From the NCBI RefSeq assembly GCF_001194135.2, contig NC_068990.1, positions 81,177,334 to 81,224,777 on the forward strand: DNA of 47,444 nucleotides. Reading direction: 5' to 3'. Every line of letters begins with the position of its first letter. Within the stretch, counting starts at the first letter, position 1. This DNA comes from Octopus bimaculoides. Its lineage: Eukaryota. Position numbers and translations under genes: made by a program. The notes beneath the pieces were generated by a model. The model did not search any database, was not told the DNA's origin, and was given only the letters and a program-made list of their open reading frames with translations. Below are positions 10,655 to 20,987 of the stretch, piece by piece.

Positions 10655-10790
10655 GTGAGTGAGTGAGGGAAGGAAGGAGAGTGGTGGGAGTGGGCAAATG
10701 CGTTGTTGACTGCGTGAGTGAGTGAGTGAGGGAAGGAGGGAGAGTGGTGGGAGTGGGCAAGTGCGTTGTTGACTGCGTGAGTGAGTGAGT
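10655..10790. repeat. ~59-63-bp minisatellite running into a gap
   Basis: Two copies of gtgagtgagggaagg...gggagtgggcaa(a/g)tgcgttgttgactgc plus the start of a third; GAGT repeats also left of the gap. Confidence 0.85.
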
Positions 10791-10868
10791 GATTTGCTCG
10801 ACTAAAGGCGGTGCTCCAGCATTGCCGCAATCAAATGACTGAAACAAGTAAAAGAGTAAAAGAGTAGA
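10791..10868 (+). mobile_element. SINE family B, 3' tail
   Basis: gatttgctcgactaaaggcggtgctccagc...aagtaaaagagtaaaagag. Confidence 0.9.
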
Positions 10869-10899
10869 ATATTTCAACAATTTTCTTATACAATTCCTA

Positions 10900-11017
10900 A
10901 TAATATTTAATTGTGAAAATAAAATAGAAATTTTTTAACATCAAATGGCAATAGGGTTCCTGCAGAGTAAAATAGGAACCATGGGGTCGATTGGGAAAAA
11001 ATGGCTGAGTACCACTG
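10900..11017. mobile_element. hAT MITE, 3' end only (same family as 1317-2286)
   Basis: aacatcaaatggc-atagggttcc...atggggtc shared with 2200-2286; TIR-like gctgagtaccactg followed by tattagac. Confidence 0.65.
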
Positions 11018-11041
11018 TATTAGACTATGTACATAAGTCAG

Positions 11042-11047
11042 GCGCGC

Positions 11048-11078
<31 letters not shown>

Positions 11079-11080
11079 TG
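11042..11080. repeat. (CG)n(TG)n alternating purine-pyrimidine tract
   Basis: About 10 CG units then about 10 TG units; a similar (CG)n tract lies at 7456-7472. Confidence 0.95.
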
Positions 11081-11177
11081 GCTCAAGGCTGATCAAGTCA
11101 TTCGATAAATAAACAACGGAAAAATAGGTTCGAAAATCAGTAATGCGGGTTCGGTACAATTGTCTAAAACCTTTCTA

Positions 11178-11240
11178 TCGAGGTTGCACTCCAGCATGGT
11201 CGCAGTCCAATGACTGAAATAAGTAAAGGAGTAAAGAATT
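11178..11240 (+). mobile_element. SINE family B, 3' tail
   Basis: ctccagcatggtcgcagtccaatgactgaaataagtaaaggagtaaag. Confidence 0.8.
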
Positions 11241-12088
11241 GACTGCGGCGAAATTAAGACCTAAAGTGGAAGCAGTGTGTTTTGAACAGTTATTGGAATA
11301 TATTTTGTCGAATCTACTTTCGAAGAGACTGAGATAACATTTGATTTTCAAATTCTTCATCTTTTATTTCGACTTTAATTTAATTAAAATATTCTTTCAT
11401 GATTTCTATTAATTTTTCAATTTATTTATTCATATTTATTTTTGTTTGTTGATTTATTTATTTTTGTGGTTTTATAGTTTTGCTATTCAGAAATGGAAAT
11501 GGTTATCTTCGGCTTTGTGTGTGCATGCTGTATATGTGCGCGTGTGTGTGTATGTGTGTGTGTATGTGTGTGCGCATGTGCGCGTGAGTGTGTTTGTGCG
11601 TGTGCGTGCGAAATTATTTGTGTATACGTGTGTAATTGTAAATATGTATGCAAGTGTAATTAAGTGTGTGTGTGTATGTGTGAGTGTGTGTGTGTGTTTG
11701 ATTATTTATAGGTGGGTGTAAATGTGTGTGAGTGTGACAGTATTTGGTGTGTATGTGTATCTGTGGCTGCACGTGTAATTGAGTAAGTGAGAATGTATCT
11801 TTGAATAATATGTTTGTGATATTACTTGAATAATATGTTTGTGATATTGTGTCTATGTGTGAATAAATGATAGAATTCAAGGACAAAAACATAACACAAA
11901 AAAAGACAAAAAAAAAATCATATACATGAGCACAATATAATTAATTTTATGATATAAAGAAGAGAGCGAATCCTCAGTGTATAACTCGTGTTAGTGCGTC
12001 TTTGTGTAGAAATATTTCCGAGTGATTTGCTTTCAAATCTCGACATGGTCAACCTAGCTTTTATTATTTCCTTGTGGTCACTTCTATT

Positions 12089-12288
12089 GGTTTCAGATTT
12101 CGGAACAAGGCCAGAAATTTCTGCCGAGGAGGTTGAATCGATATCATCGATCCCAGCGTTCATCCGGTACTTATTTTATAGACCCTGAAGGGATGACACA
12201 CAAAGTCAGTTACGGCAGAATTTGAACTCGTAACGTGTCGCTGAAGAAATTTGTCCGGCATGCTAACGATTCTGCTAAGTCACTGCCT
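12089..12288 (-). mobile_element. SINE family A, diverged full length
   Basis: Minus head ggcagtgacttagcagaatcgttagcatgccgg, gagttcaaattctgcc, tail ggccttgttccgaaatctgaaa. Confidence 0.8.
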
Positions 12289-12315
12289 TCCCCTTGTGAT
12301 TCTATTAAAACCAAT

Positions 12316-12430
12316 TAAGGCGGTGGATTGGAAGAATCGTTAGAGCGTCGAACAAAATGCCTAGTAGTGTTTATTCTGGCTCTTGACGTCCACGTTCAAA
12401 TCCTGCCAGGGATATAATCGACTCAACCCT
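12316..12430 (+). mobile_element. SINE family A, diverged 5' part
   Basis: aaggcggtggattggaagaatcgttagagcg...gttcaaatcctgcc. Confidence 0.7.
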
Positions 12431-12659
12431 TTTCCTTGAATTTCTGAGTTAGTGCTTAATTTAGCAGCATCTTTCACCACTGTGTGATTTTTCACAGTAC
12501 GCCCAGAGTTCAATGATTTTTAAGTATGTATACATTTTGTATGTTTTTAGACGGTATATATTCTATCTCTTTTTTATTGTTTTTATTTTCACGATTTGTT
12601 TTTCTAATGTTGGCCTTGCTTGTAACGAAGCCATTTTATGATATACTCTTTACTCTCTT

Positions 12660-12870
12660 TTACTCTTTTACTTGTTTCAGTCATTTGACTGCGGCCATGC
12701 TGGAGCACCGCCCTTAGTCGAGAAAATCGACCCCAGGACTTATTCTTTGGAAGCCTAGTACTTATTCTATCGATCGCTTTTGCCGAACCGCTAAGTTACG
12801 GGGACGTAAATACACCACCTTCGGTTGTCAAGCGGTGTTGCGGGGACAATGACAGACACACAAACGCATG
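12660..12870 (-). mobile_element. SINE family B, 3' half
   Basis: Near-consensus tail and centre, ending in CA/TA repeats and a gap. Confidence 0.92.
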
Positions 12871-13264
12871 CACACACATACATATATATATATATATANN
12901 NNNNNNNNNNNNNNNNNNNNNNNNNNNNNNNNNNNNNNNNNNNNNNNNNNNNNNNNNNNNNNNNNNNNNNNNNNNNNNNNNNNNNNNNNNNNNNNNNNNN
13001 NNNNNNNNNNNNNNNNNNNNNNNNNNNNNNNNNNNNNNNNNNNNNNNNNNNNNNNNNNNNNNNNNNNNNNNNNNNNNNTATATATGTATGTATGTATGTG
13101 TGTATGTATGTGTGTATGTATGTGTGTATATTTATGTGTGTATGTGTGTGTATGTATGGATGTGTGTATGTATGTATGTGAGTGTGTGTATATATGTATG
13201 TGTGCATGTGTGTATGTGCGTATGTATGTATGTATGTATGTATGTATGTATGTATGTATGTATG

Positions 13265-13488
13265 TGTGTTTTGTATGCCTCTTTGGGTTTGTATTTCCTC
13301 TCTTCACAACCGGTGTTGGTTCATTCATGTTCACATCCTTAGCAGCTTTCTCTTGAAGAAACGAGGCCGTTAAAATAAGTCCCAGACTTAAACATAACTT
13401 CTGGGGTCGATTTACTCGATTAAAACCCTTCAAGATTCTTTCCCCAGAATGGCCGCTGGCCAATGATTGAAACAAGTAAAAGAATAAC
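13265..13488 (+). mobile_element. SINE family B-related, diverged 3' half
   Basis: acaaccggtgttgg...cttagcag...aataagt...ctggggtcgattt...atggccgc...gaaacaagtaaaaga. Confidence 0.75.
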
Positions 13489-13876
13489 AGAATATACGAA
13501 TAATAGAACAGCAGTAGTACTGGTAATATAATAGATGTTTTCTATTTTGAAATGGCGTGGTTGATATTCTTCGTAGTAGAGCTGATATTTTTACAGGAGT
13601 TTGTTATGTTATTGGAAGCTTTTTTTGGTAATCAATCCATACTATACTGAGTGATTATTTTCTTTTAATATTCTTTTATTTTTTTTCGTCTTTTAGTTCT
13701 GTTTAATAAATGCTCACTTTACAAATAGCTGCCCTTTTCATCCCCATACCCCCTTCTGATACCATTTCTGCATTTCTCTGAAGATATTAGTATCCTCCAA
13801 ATGAGAAACCAACCTGCTGGAAAGTATACATGTCAGTTGGTAAACAAGCTATCACTCTGTAATTTTAGAAGGCTTA

Positions 13877-13982
<106 letters not shown>

Positions 13983-13983
13983 G

Positions 13984-14190
13984 AAGGCGGCGAGCTGGCA
14001 TAATCGTTAGCACGCCGGGCAAAATGCTTGGGGTATTTTATCCGTCTTTACGTTCTGGGTTCAAATCCCGCCGAGGTCGACTTTACCTCTCATCTTTTCG
14101 GGGTCGATCAAATAAGTACCAGTGAAACACTGGGGTCGAGGTAATCGATTCATCCCCACCTCTCCCCAGAGCTACCGCTTTGGCACAAAA
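13984..14190 (+). mobile_element. SINE family A, full length
   Basis: aaggcggcgagctggcataatcgttagc (A-box-like), gggttcaaatcccgcc (B-box-like), central domain, tail. Confidence 0.92.
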
Positions 14191-14225
14191 CTGAAATAAT
14201 AATAATAACTATTATTATTACTATT

Positions 14226-14437
14226 AAGGTGGTGAGCTGGCAGAATTGTTAGCATGCCGGGTGAAATGCTTAGTGGTAATTCGTCCGTCTTTATGATCTG
14301 AGTTCAAATTCCGCCGATCTCGACTTTGTTTCTCATACTTTCGGGGTCGATTAAATAAGTACCAGTTGCGCACTGGGGTCGATGTAATCGAACTAATCCC
14401 CTTCCCGCAAGCTGCCCTTGTGGCAAAAATTTAAAAT
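14226..14437 (+). mobile_element. SINE family A, full length (tandem with the previous copy)
   Basis: aaggtggtgagctggcagaattgttagc...gagttcaaattccgcc...ctggggtcgatgtaatcga. Confidence 0.92.
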
Positions 14438-14453
14438 GATTACTATTATTATT

Positions 14454-14583
14454 GTTCAGTAGTTTTATTTTTATAACGTACTTTCACTTCACTACCGAGC
14501 ACAGCTCTGTGCGCCTTGGGTATGTGCTGTGGTTTGCTGTGGTGCTCTTATGGTTACTGTATTGAAAGTGTTTTGCGTAGGAT
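14454..14583 (-). mobile_element. R4/Dong-type LINE, extreme 3' end
   Basis: Minus frame ILRKTLSIQ* (stop 14554-14556), a ~100-nt UTR, and TAA repeats on both sides. Confidence 0.65.
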
Positions 14584-14599
14584 ATTATCATTATTATTA

Positions 14600-14637
<38 letters not shown>

Positions 14638-14977
14638 GTGAAGGCGCATGACTCAGTGGTTAGAGCGTCGACCTTACGATCGTGGGGTTGTGAGTTTGAA
14701 TCCCCGAACCGGGCTGCGTGTTGTGTTCTTAAGCAAGACACTTTATTTCACGTTGCTCCCGTCCACTCAGCTGTAGAAATGAGTTGCAACGTCACAGGTA
14801 CCAAGCTGTATCGGCCCCTTTGCCTTTCCCTTGGATAACACTGGTGGCATGGAGAGGGGAAGCCGGTATGCATGGGTGACTACTGGTCTTCCATAAACAA
14901 CCTTGCTCGGACTTGTGCCTGGGAGGGTAACTTTCTAGGTGCAATCCCATGGTCATTCATGATCGAAGGGTGTCTCA
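14638..14977 (+). mobile_element. tRNA-derived SINE family D (CORE-like centre, OR1/OR2-like)
   Basis: ggcgcatgactcagtggttagagc (A box), gagtttgaatccc (B box), then gtgttcttaagcaagacacttt...gtccactcagctgtagaaatgag resembling the CORE domain; tail recurs at 45026. Confidence 0.85.
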
Positions 14978-14996
14978 GCATTATTATTATTATTAT

Positions 14997-16091
14997 TTTA
15001 TGTTTGACTTTTGTTTTGCATTTGTACAAGTTGGATCCAAGTCTCACCCAGAGACCTCAAGAGACAACAAGTTAGAAGTTCATGTAGGTGTTATGCCTAG
15101 GGTACCATATATTTGGATTTGTACAGTTTTGTTCAAGTGAATGTTTAAGAAACCATAAGAAAATTATGTTTGCTTTAAAATTTGAGATCACATAGACAGT
15201 ANNNNNNNNNNNNNNNNNNNNNNNNNNNNNNNNNNNNNNNNNNNNNNNNNNNNNNNNNNNNNNNNNNNNNNNNNNNNNNNNNNNNNNNNNNNNNNNNNNN
15301 NNNNNNNNNNNNNNNNNNNNNNNNNNNNNNNNNNNNNNNNNNNNNNNNNNNNNNNNNNNNNNNNNNNNNNNNNNNNNNNNNNNNNNNNNNNNNNNNNNNN
15401 NNNNNNNNNNNNNNNNNNNNNNNNNNNNNNNNNNNNNNNNNNNNNNNNNNNNNNNNNNNNNNNNNNNNNNNNNNNNNNNNNNNNNNNNNNNNNNNNNNNN
15501 NNNNNNNNNNNNNNNNNNNNNNNNNNNNNNNNNNNNNNNNNNNNNNNNNNNNNNNNNNNNNNNNNNNNNNNNNNNNNNNNNNNNNNNNNNNNNNNNNNNN
15601 NNNNNNNNNNNNNNNNNNNNNNNNNNNNNNNNNNNNNNNNNNNNNNNNNNNNNNNNNNNNNNNNNNNNNNNNNNNNNNNNNNNNNNNNNNNNNNNNNNNN
15701 NNNNNNNNNNNNNNNNNNNNNNNNNNNNNNNNNNNNNNNNNNNNNNNNNNNNNNNNNNNNNNNNNNNNNNNNNNNNNNNNNNNNNNNNNNNNNNNNNNNN
15801 NNNNNNNNNNNNNNNNNNNNNNNNNNNNNNNNNNNNNNNNNNNNNNNNNNNNNNNNNNNNNNNNNNNNNNNNNNNNNNNNNNNNNNNNNNNNNNNNNNNN
15901 NNNNNNNNNNNNNNNNNNNNNNNNNNNNNNNNNNNNNNNNNNNNNNNNNNNNNNNNNNNNNNNNNNNNNNNNNNNNNNNNNNNNNNNNNNNNNNNNNNNN
16001 NNNNNNNNNNNNNNNNNNNNNNNNNNNNNNNNNNNNNNNNNNNNTTATTCGCTCTCTTTGGGTATTTGCCATTGAGAGGTTTTCCATGCCA

Positions 16092-16093
<2 letters not shown>
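14997..16093 (-). mobile_element. 5'-truncated R4/Dong-type LINE, mostly hidden in a gap
   Basis: Before the gap KWHGKPLNGKYPKRAN (W-x-x-KPLHG-x-Y motif); after the gap LSM* at 15188, a 190-nt UTR and (TAA)n. Confidence 0.7.
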
Positions 16094-16142
<49 letters not shown>

Positions 16143-16153
16143 CATCATCATCA

Positions 16154-16226
<73 letters not shown>

Positions 16227-16237
16227 CATCATCATTA
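16094..16237. repeat. (ATT)n/(ATC)n compound microsatellite
   Basis: Direct reading. Confidence 0.97.
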
Positions 16238-16239
16238 TT

Positions 16240-17160
16240 AAGGAATTAATGTTGTTTTCCCGAGTATTGTCGAGTCTGTTCACTTCAGTAATTTATTGAA
16301 AGCTTTAGCAAGTTTCATATTATACTACTGTCTAAGTACATTAAACCAAAAATTATTGTGTGTTTTTTATCAGTACTGAAAGGTTCCAATTTCAAGCAGT
16401 CTTCATTATATTCTGAAACTAACGACTAGTTACACTGGGCCATATTTGTCGAGTTATTATTTTTTTATTGTCATTCCCTGTTCTTCTCCATTGTACATCT
16501 GTATTGTGTTCTATATTTTGGTTCCATATGGTCTCTCGTATGATTGGATCTCATTTGTTGTTGTCGTATCTTTCTTCCACTATGATGTTTTTGTTAGTCT
16601 TTTCAGCCAGAATATTATTGTATTTGTTTCTAATGCAGGACTGTAGTGGAAGAAATATGTTTTTCAAAACAGCTTATCTGCCATTGTTCACGCCAGGATA
16701 AGTTATTTTATTTTTCATTTATATCCAGGTTTTCTTTTCTATATTTTCAATAATTTCCTGCCAGCTTTTACTGCGCCAATAGTTGCATCTCTTCATTTCT
16801 CTGGTCTGTGCAGTATTGTTTATTTCTATTTATAAATTTATCATTTTTTAATGTAGTATTATGTTTGTATTTTACATTCTTTTTACTTTGTTATTACGTT
16901 TGCTTTGTTGTTAGTGGTTTTATATCTATAATATTTCATCTATGTGTTGTGTAGTATATTCGCTGTGTGAGCTGTGTTATTTTGTTGTTTGGTGATTCGG
17001 GTGAATATTTTATGCGATTTGTCCAGAACATGTTATGCATGAAGTGTGCTACCGAATTAAATGTTTCTCGGCTAATATCTGGGCTGTTTCTTGCAGGATT
17101 AATTATTTGACTGTGTAAGCACTGGCTTCTGTTTGCCTTGTTTTTGTCCATGTTCTGTGA
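16240..17160 (-). pseudogene. R4/Dong-type LINE, N-terminal and pre-RT region, degenerate
   Basis: ETIWNQNIEHNTDVQW (FWxxIW...EHNxxAxW), KTA*NW, HNNFWFNVL...LAKAFNKLL...GKTTLIP (NWKAPGxDxIHNFW...LAxxFN...GxTxLIPK); stops and frameshifts. Confidence 0.75.
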
Positions 17161-17175
17161 ATTAATTATTATTGA

Positions 17176-17239
<64 letters not shown>

Positions 17240-17289
17240 TGCATGAATTCTCCTCAATTTGCTTACCATCCATTTTAACATCCTTGTAA

Positions 17290-17390
17290 TTAAATAGATT
17301 TTCGACTTCTTTTCGGATTACATTTTGGTCAGAAAAGATCGAGATGTCTATGAGGTTTCACATTATGACATTCTTGTCTTTAATTATGAT
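17290..17390 (-). pseudogene. R4/Dong-type restriction-like endonuclease fragment
   Basis: DIIIKDKNVIM*NLIDISIFSDQNVIRKEVENLFNYKD matches PDIIxxDK...LIDIxxPxDxNVxxKExEKxxKYKDL. Confidence 0.7.
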
Positions 17391-18112
17391 ATCTAAGAAG
17401 ACTTGACTAAATGCTCCACAATTCCTGTCCAAGTCTAATTAGCGTTTTATCAATATGAACTGTCATTAATCTTACGAGAAAAGATTACCATTGTTGAGAA
17501 ATCTTGTAGAAATAAACAAGTAGAATGGAATTAGAATATATTTAGCATCTGAAGAGATACTAAACAAAAAGAATAAAATTCCTCGGCCCCCATTAAAAAA
17601 CAACCCCAAAAACATTAGCAATATCAGTGACAAATTAGCTATACTTTGCAGCCTTTAGAGTCGAAAATGTTACAACCATAGACATGTCGTAATAGCATTA
17701 TTCCCATTTTAGAGAAAACTCATTAATTACCGTATCACTCTCATTCATAGAGCTGGTGCTTACGTCCGGTTTCTCAAGCGTTAAGCAGATGTCAGACACA
17801 TTTTCTCCGCAGCTAGAATTCTGTCTTATTAATGGCAGATTTTATTATTTTCACTTTCCAACGTAAGAGAGAAATTAAACTGTGAAGAACTACAAATCTA
17901 AGAGGAGAGAAGAGAATTATACATACTGAGGCACATAATCAAATTTAGATAAACTAATTAGGAGGACTTAATTAGTGTTATGCATAGCCTTGTCTCAAAC
18001 ACAAAACAGTTGTAAATAATACGTAAGATCAGAAAATGACAAATGTCTCGCTGGTACCCGTTTCAACATATGCTGACCTGATCAGTTCTAGTCTGGGGAT
18101 AAAATAACATGA

Positions 18113-18145
<33 letters not shown>

Positions 18146-18146
18146 A

Positions 18147-18214
<68 letters not shown>

Positions 18215-18243
18215 GTCTATCTATCTATCCATCTATCTATCTA
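18113..18243. repeat. (TCTA)n microsatellite
   Basis: Direct reading. Confidence 0.97.
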
Positions 18244-18283
18244 CAGACGCACACACAAACACCACATACACACATGTATGTAT

Positions 18284-18500
18284 ATATCCCTCTTCGAAAC
18301 GCTTAGTTTAGAATAGGGGCAGCTGATGAAGGAAATGTTCTCTATGTGGCCTGTTTGTTTTCTGTGCTCTGATTATGTTCTGTTTTTCATTTTGTCCACG
18401 TTTTTTTGTAACGTCCTCTACCCAGATATGCATCTATATATACATCTAGATGTAGGTTTGTACATACATGTACGTATATATGCATATACTCACATATTAT
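18284..18500 (+). mobile_element. Repeat family H, copy 3 (5'-truncated)
   Basis: tatccctcttcGAAAcg...aggggcagCTGATGAagg...aacgtcctctacccagatatgca. Confidence 0.7.
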
Positions 18501-18518
18501 TTGTATTATATATATATC

Positions 18519-18784
18519 ACCTGTGTTACGAGAAGTAATGCATTCCCGAAAAACGTGCTGTAACACGAAATTAATCTGCCCACCGATTTTCATATAAAGT
18601 CATAATGCCTTTCGGCGGATATTTACATAGTAACAGCGAAAAAGAAAACTAGCAACAAAACTAATTTTATACGTAACGATATTAATTTCTAAACATACAA
18701 AGTACAATATAGAAACATTTGAATACAAATACATAAGGGTATAAATAAGAACCGTAATATCGTGATAGGGTACGGTCTTACTGT
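18519..18784. mobile_element. Possible Tigger/pogo-like MITE remnant
   Basis: ttacgagaagtaatgcattcccgaaaaac resembles Tigger subterminal motifs; ends at ...cttactg-ta; TIRs not demonstrable. Confidence 0.25.
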
Positions 18785-19526
18785 AAGAAAGCTGGCTACT
18801 GTGTGAGGGGTGGTGGGAGAAAGTCACAGGGAGAAAGAAGTATACGATCTTCTATTTTACCAATTATTGTCATCAACATCCGCTTGAGGTGCGAACAACT
18901 TACCAATATATTTTTGACATTTATGGCAAATAGTACTTTTGGACAGCTCAGTGTAGACAACTGAGCTAATTGTGAACTTCTCTTATAATTTTTATTACAT
19001 TCACGATCATGGTTATTAGCAAAAACGGGCATCACTTCTCCTGTAAGTACCAACCAGTAAGTTTTCAGTTCCATTTGATTTGGACGGTTGCAGATAAACA
19101 TTTTGTAGGGACCTCACAAATCAACCACATCATCCACTGTTAATTCTTCGAAACCTGTACCATTTACAGGGGGTTAGATGCAAAGCATAACTATATATAC
19201 ATANNNNNNNNNNNNNNNNNNNNNNNNNNNNNNNNNNNNNNNNNNNNNNNNNNNNNNNNNNNNNNNNNNNNNNNNNNNNNNNNNNNNNNNNNNNNNNNNN
19301 NNNNNNNNNNNNNNNNNNNNNNNNNNNNNNNNNNNNNNNNNNNNNNNNNNNNNNNNNNNNNNNNNNNNNNNNNNNNNNNNNNNNNNNNNNNNNNNNNNNN
19401 NNNNNNNNNNNNNNNNNNNNNNNNNNNNNNNNNNNNNNNNNNNNNNNNNNNNNNNNNNNNNNNNNNNNNNNNNNNNNNNNNNNNNNNNNNNNNNNNNNAT
19501 ATACATACATACATATATATACATAT

Positions 19527-19568
<42 letters not shown>

Positions 19569-19569
19569 A

Positions 19570-19630
19570 TACATATATGGGTACAGGACGTCACCAACAG
19601 TAAACAACATGAAATACGAAAACAAATGAG
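19570..19630 (-). mobile_element. Repeat family H, tail fragment
   Basis: Minus strand ttggtgacgtcctgtacccatatatg. Confidence 0.6.
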
Positions 19631-19639
19631 TTCAGATTC

Positions 19640-20240
19640 CGAGACAGGTTAATAAAATGTAAATGAGTAACAGTAGAGGTATAGGTATCAATCCATTACG
19701 GCCGTTTCTAACGACTCCTTTAATTGATTAATGAAAATATTACATCATTGTAAAGAGACTGTTTTCGTCAAATGAATTCATGAACTTTAAAATAAAGAAC
19801 ATTCAGAACGAGTTAACATAGTTTAAAATCCAGGGAACAAATACATTTACAGTGATTCTGCTACTATTTCAGTTGACAGAATGGATTTACCAGCATAGTG
19901 TATATTTGATGAGAACAGAGAATTTTAGAGGTTAATAGAATTTTTAGGAGGGGACAAGAATAATTGATTTCAGTGACCCAGTTATCGATACTTCTAGCAA
20001 GAAGAGCGGCAGCTCCATTAGTCTAGGTTAAAATATTAAGGAGTTGTTTAACATCTACTGGTCAGTGGTAAGAAAATGATTTGTGGTCAGGTCAACCAAC
20101 TAAATTATCAAAGTCGTTTGTGATGGAACCAATATACAAGGTTTATCGCCACAAGTTGACAAGGCGGAGGTCAGTAACAAGGAAGTGAGTAATGAGAAGG
20201 GAGAATAAGGAGAAACATGAAAGAAAGCTGACCCGACCGT
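19640..20240 (-). pseudogene. Highly degenerate APE-type LINE (CR1/Jockey group) endonuclease-end remnant
   Basis: SITNDFDNLVG*PDH...LLNILT*TN...LGH resembles the ...QLVxxPTH...LDLxLTxN...LGxSDH pattern; many lesions. Confidence 0.3.
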
Positions 20241-20918
20241 TGCTAATTATCATAATATTAATAGAGGAAGACTTCGAAGGATAATAGAATAAAGGTTATG
20301 AGGGCAAAGCTCTAAACTATTACTGGAAATCATTGCATGGGAATAAAAAGAGCCTACTACAATTTAGAAGAGTTATAGTACTGTAGTTATAACGTAAATT
20401 AAATATTAGATATAGGTAAATAATTAAAAGATGCTTAAAATTATAAGAAAAAGAGATGCATTAAGATATAAAAGTAATAAGAAAATTAAAATTTTAAAGT
20501 AATATGGAGTATATAAATAATATTAGGGTGAAAATGAAAATATATAAAATTTAAACTAAAAGTAAAATGTTTTTTGAACATAGACACCGGGTTACGGGTG
20601 GGTGACGATAAGACATTAAATATTAAGTATCAAATATAAGGTATATATAAATATATATGTATGTGTGTGTGTGTGGTTGCTATTATGCAAAAGTGTCGTA
20701 AGTCCAAAAACGTTTCATATTCAGAAAACGAAAGAAATAGTTTCATTATTCCATAGCAAAACTGCTGTGCTACACTTTGGCGATTTTTGATATCTTGGCA
20801 TCTGAAGGACCTGGAGATATGATAATTTGACCAATAGAACCGGCTATTGCAAGAAAAAATAAATATTGAAGAAACCGCATTTGGCGAAACTTGGACATAC
20901 AATTTAACGTAATAGCAA

Positions 20919-20987
<69 letters not shown>

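Noticed and set aside
9944-10790. Short direct repeats as a possible CRISPR array
   Set aside because: Head-to-tail units with no unique spacers, eukaryotic context, and no cas genes.
11804-11848. 25-bp tandem duplication gaataatatgtttgtgatatt
   Set aside because: Ordinary slippage duplication with no further structure.
14638-14715. tRNA gene-like sequence (also heads at 2176, 24999, 13984)
   Set aside because: A/B boxes continue into SINE bodies and no acceptor stem closes; these are SINE heads, not tRNA genes.
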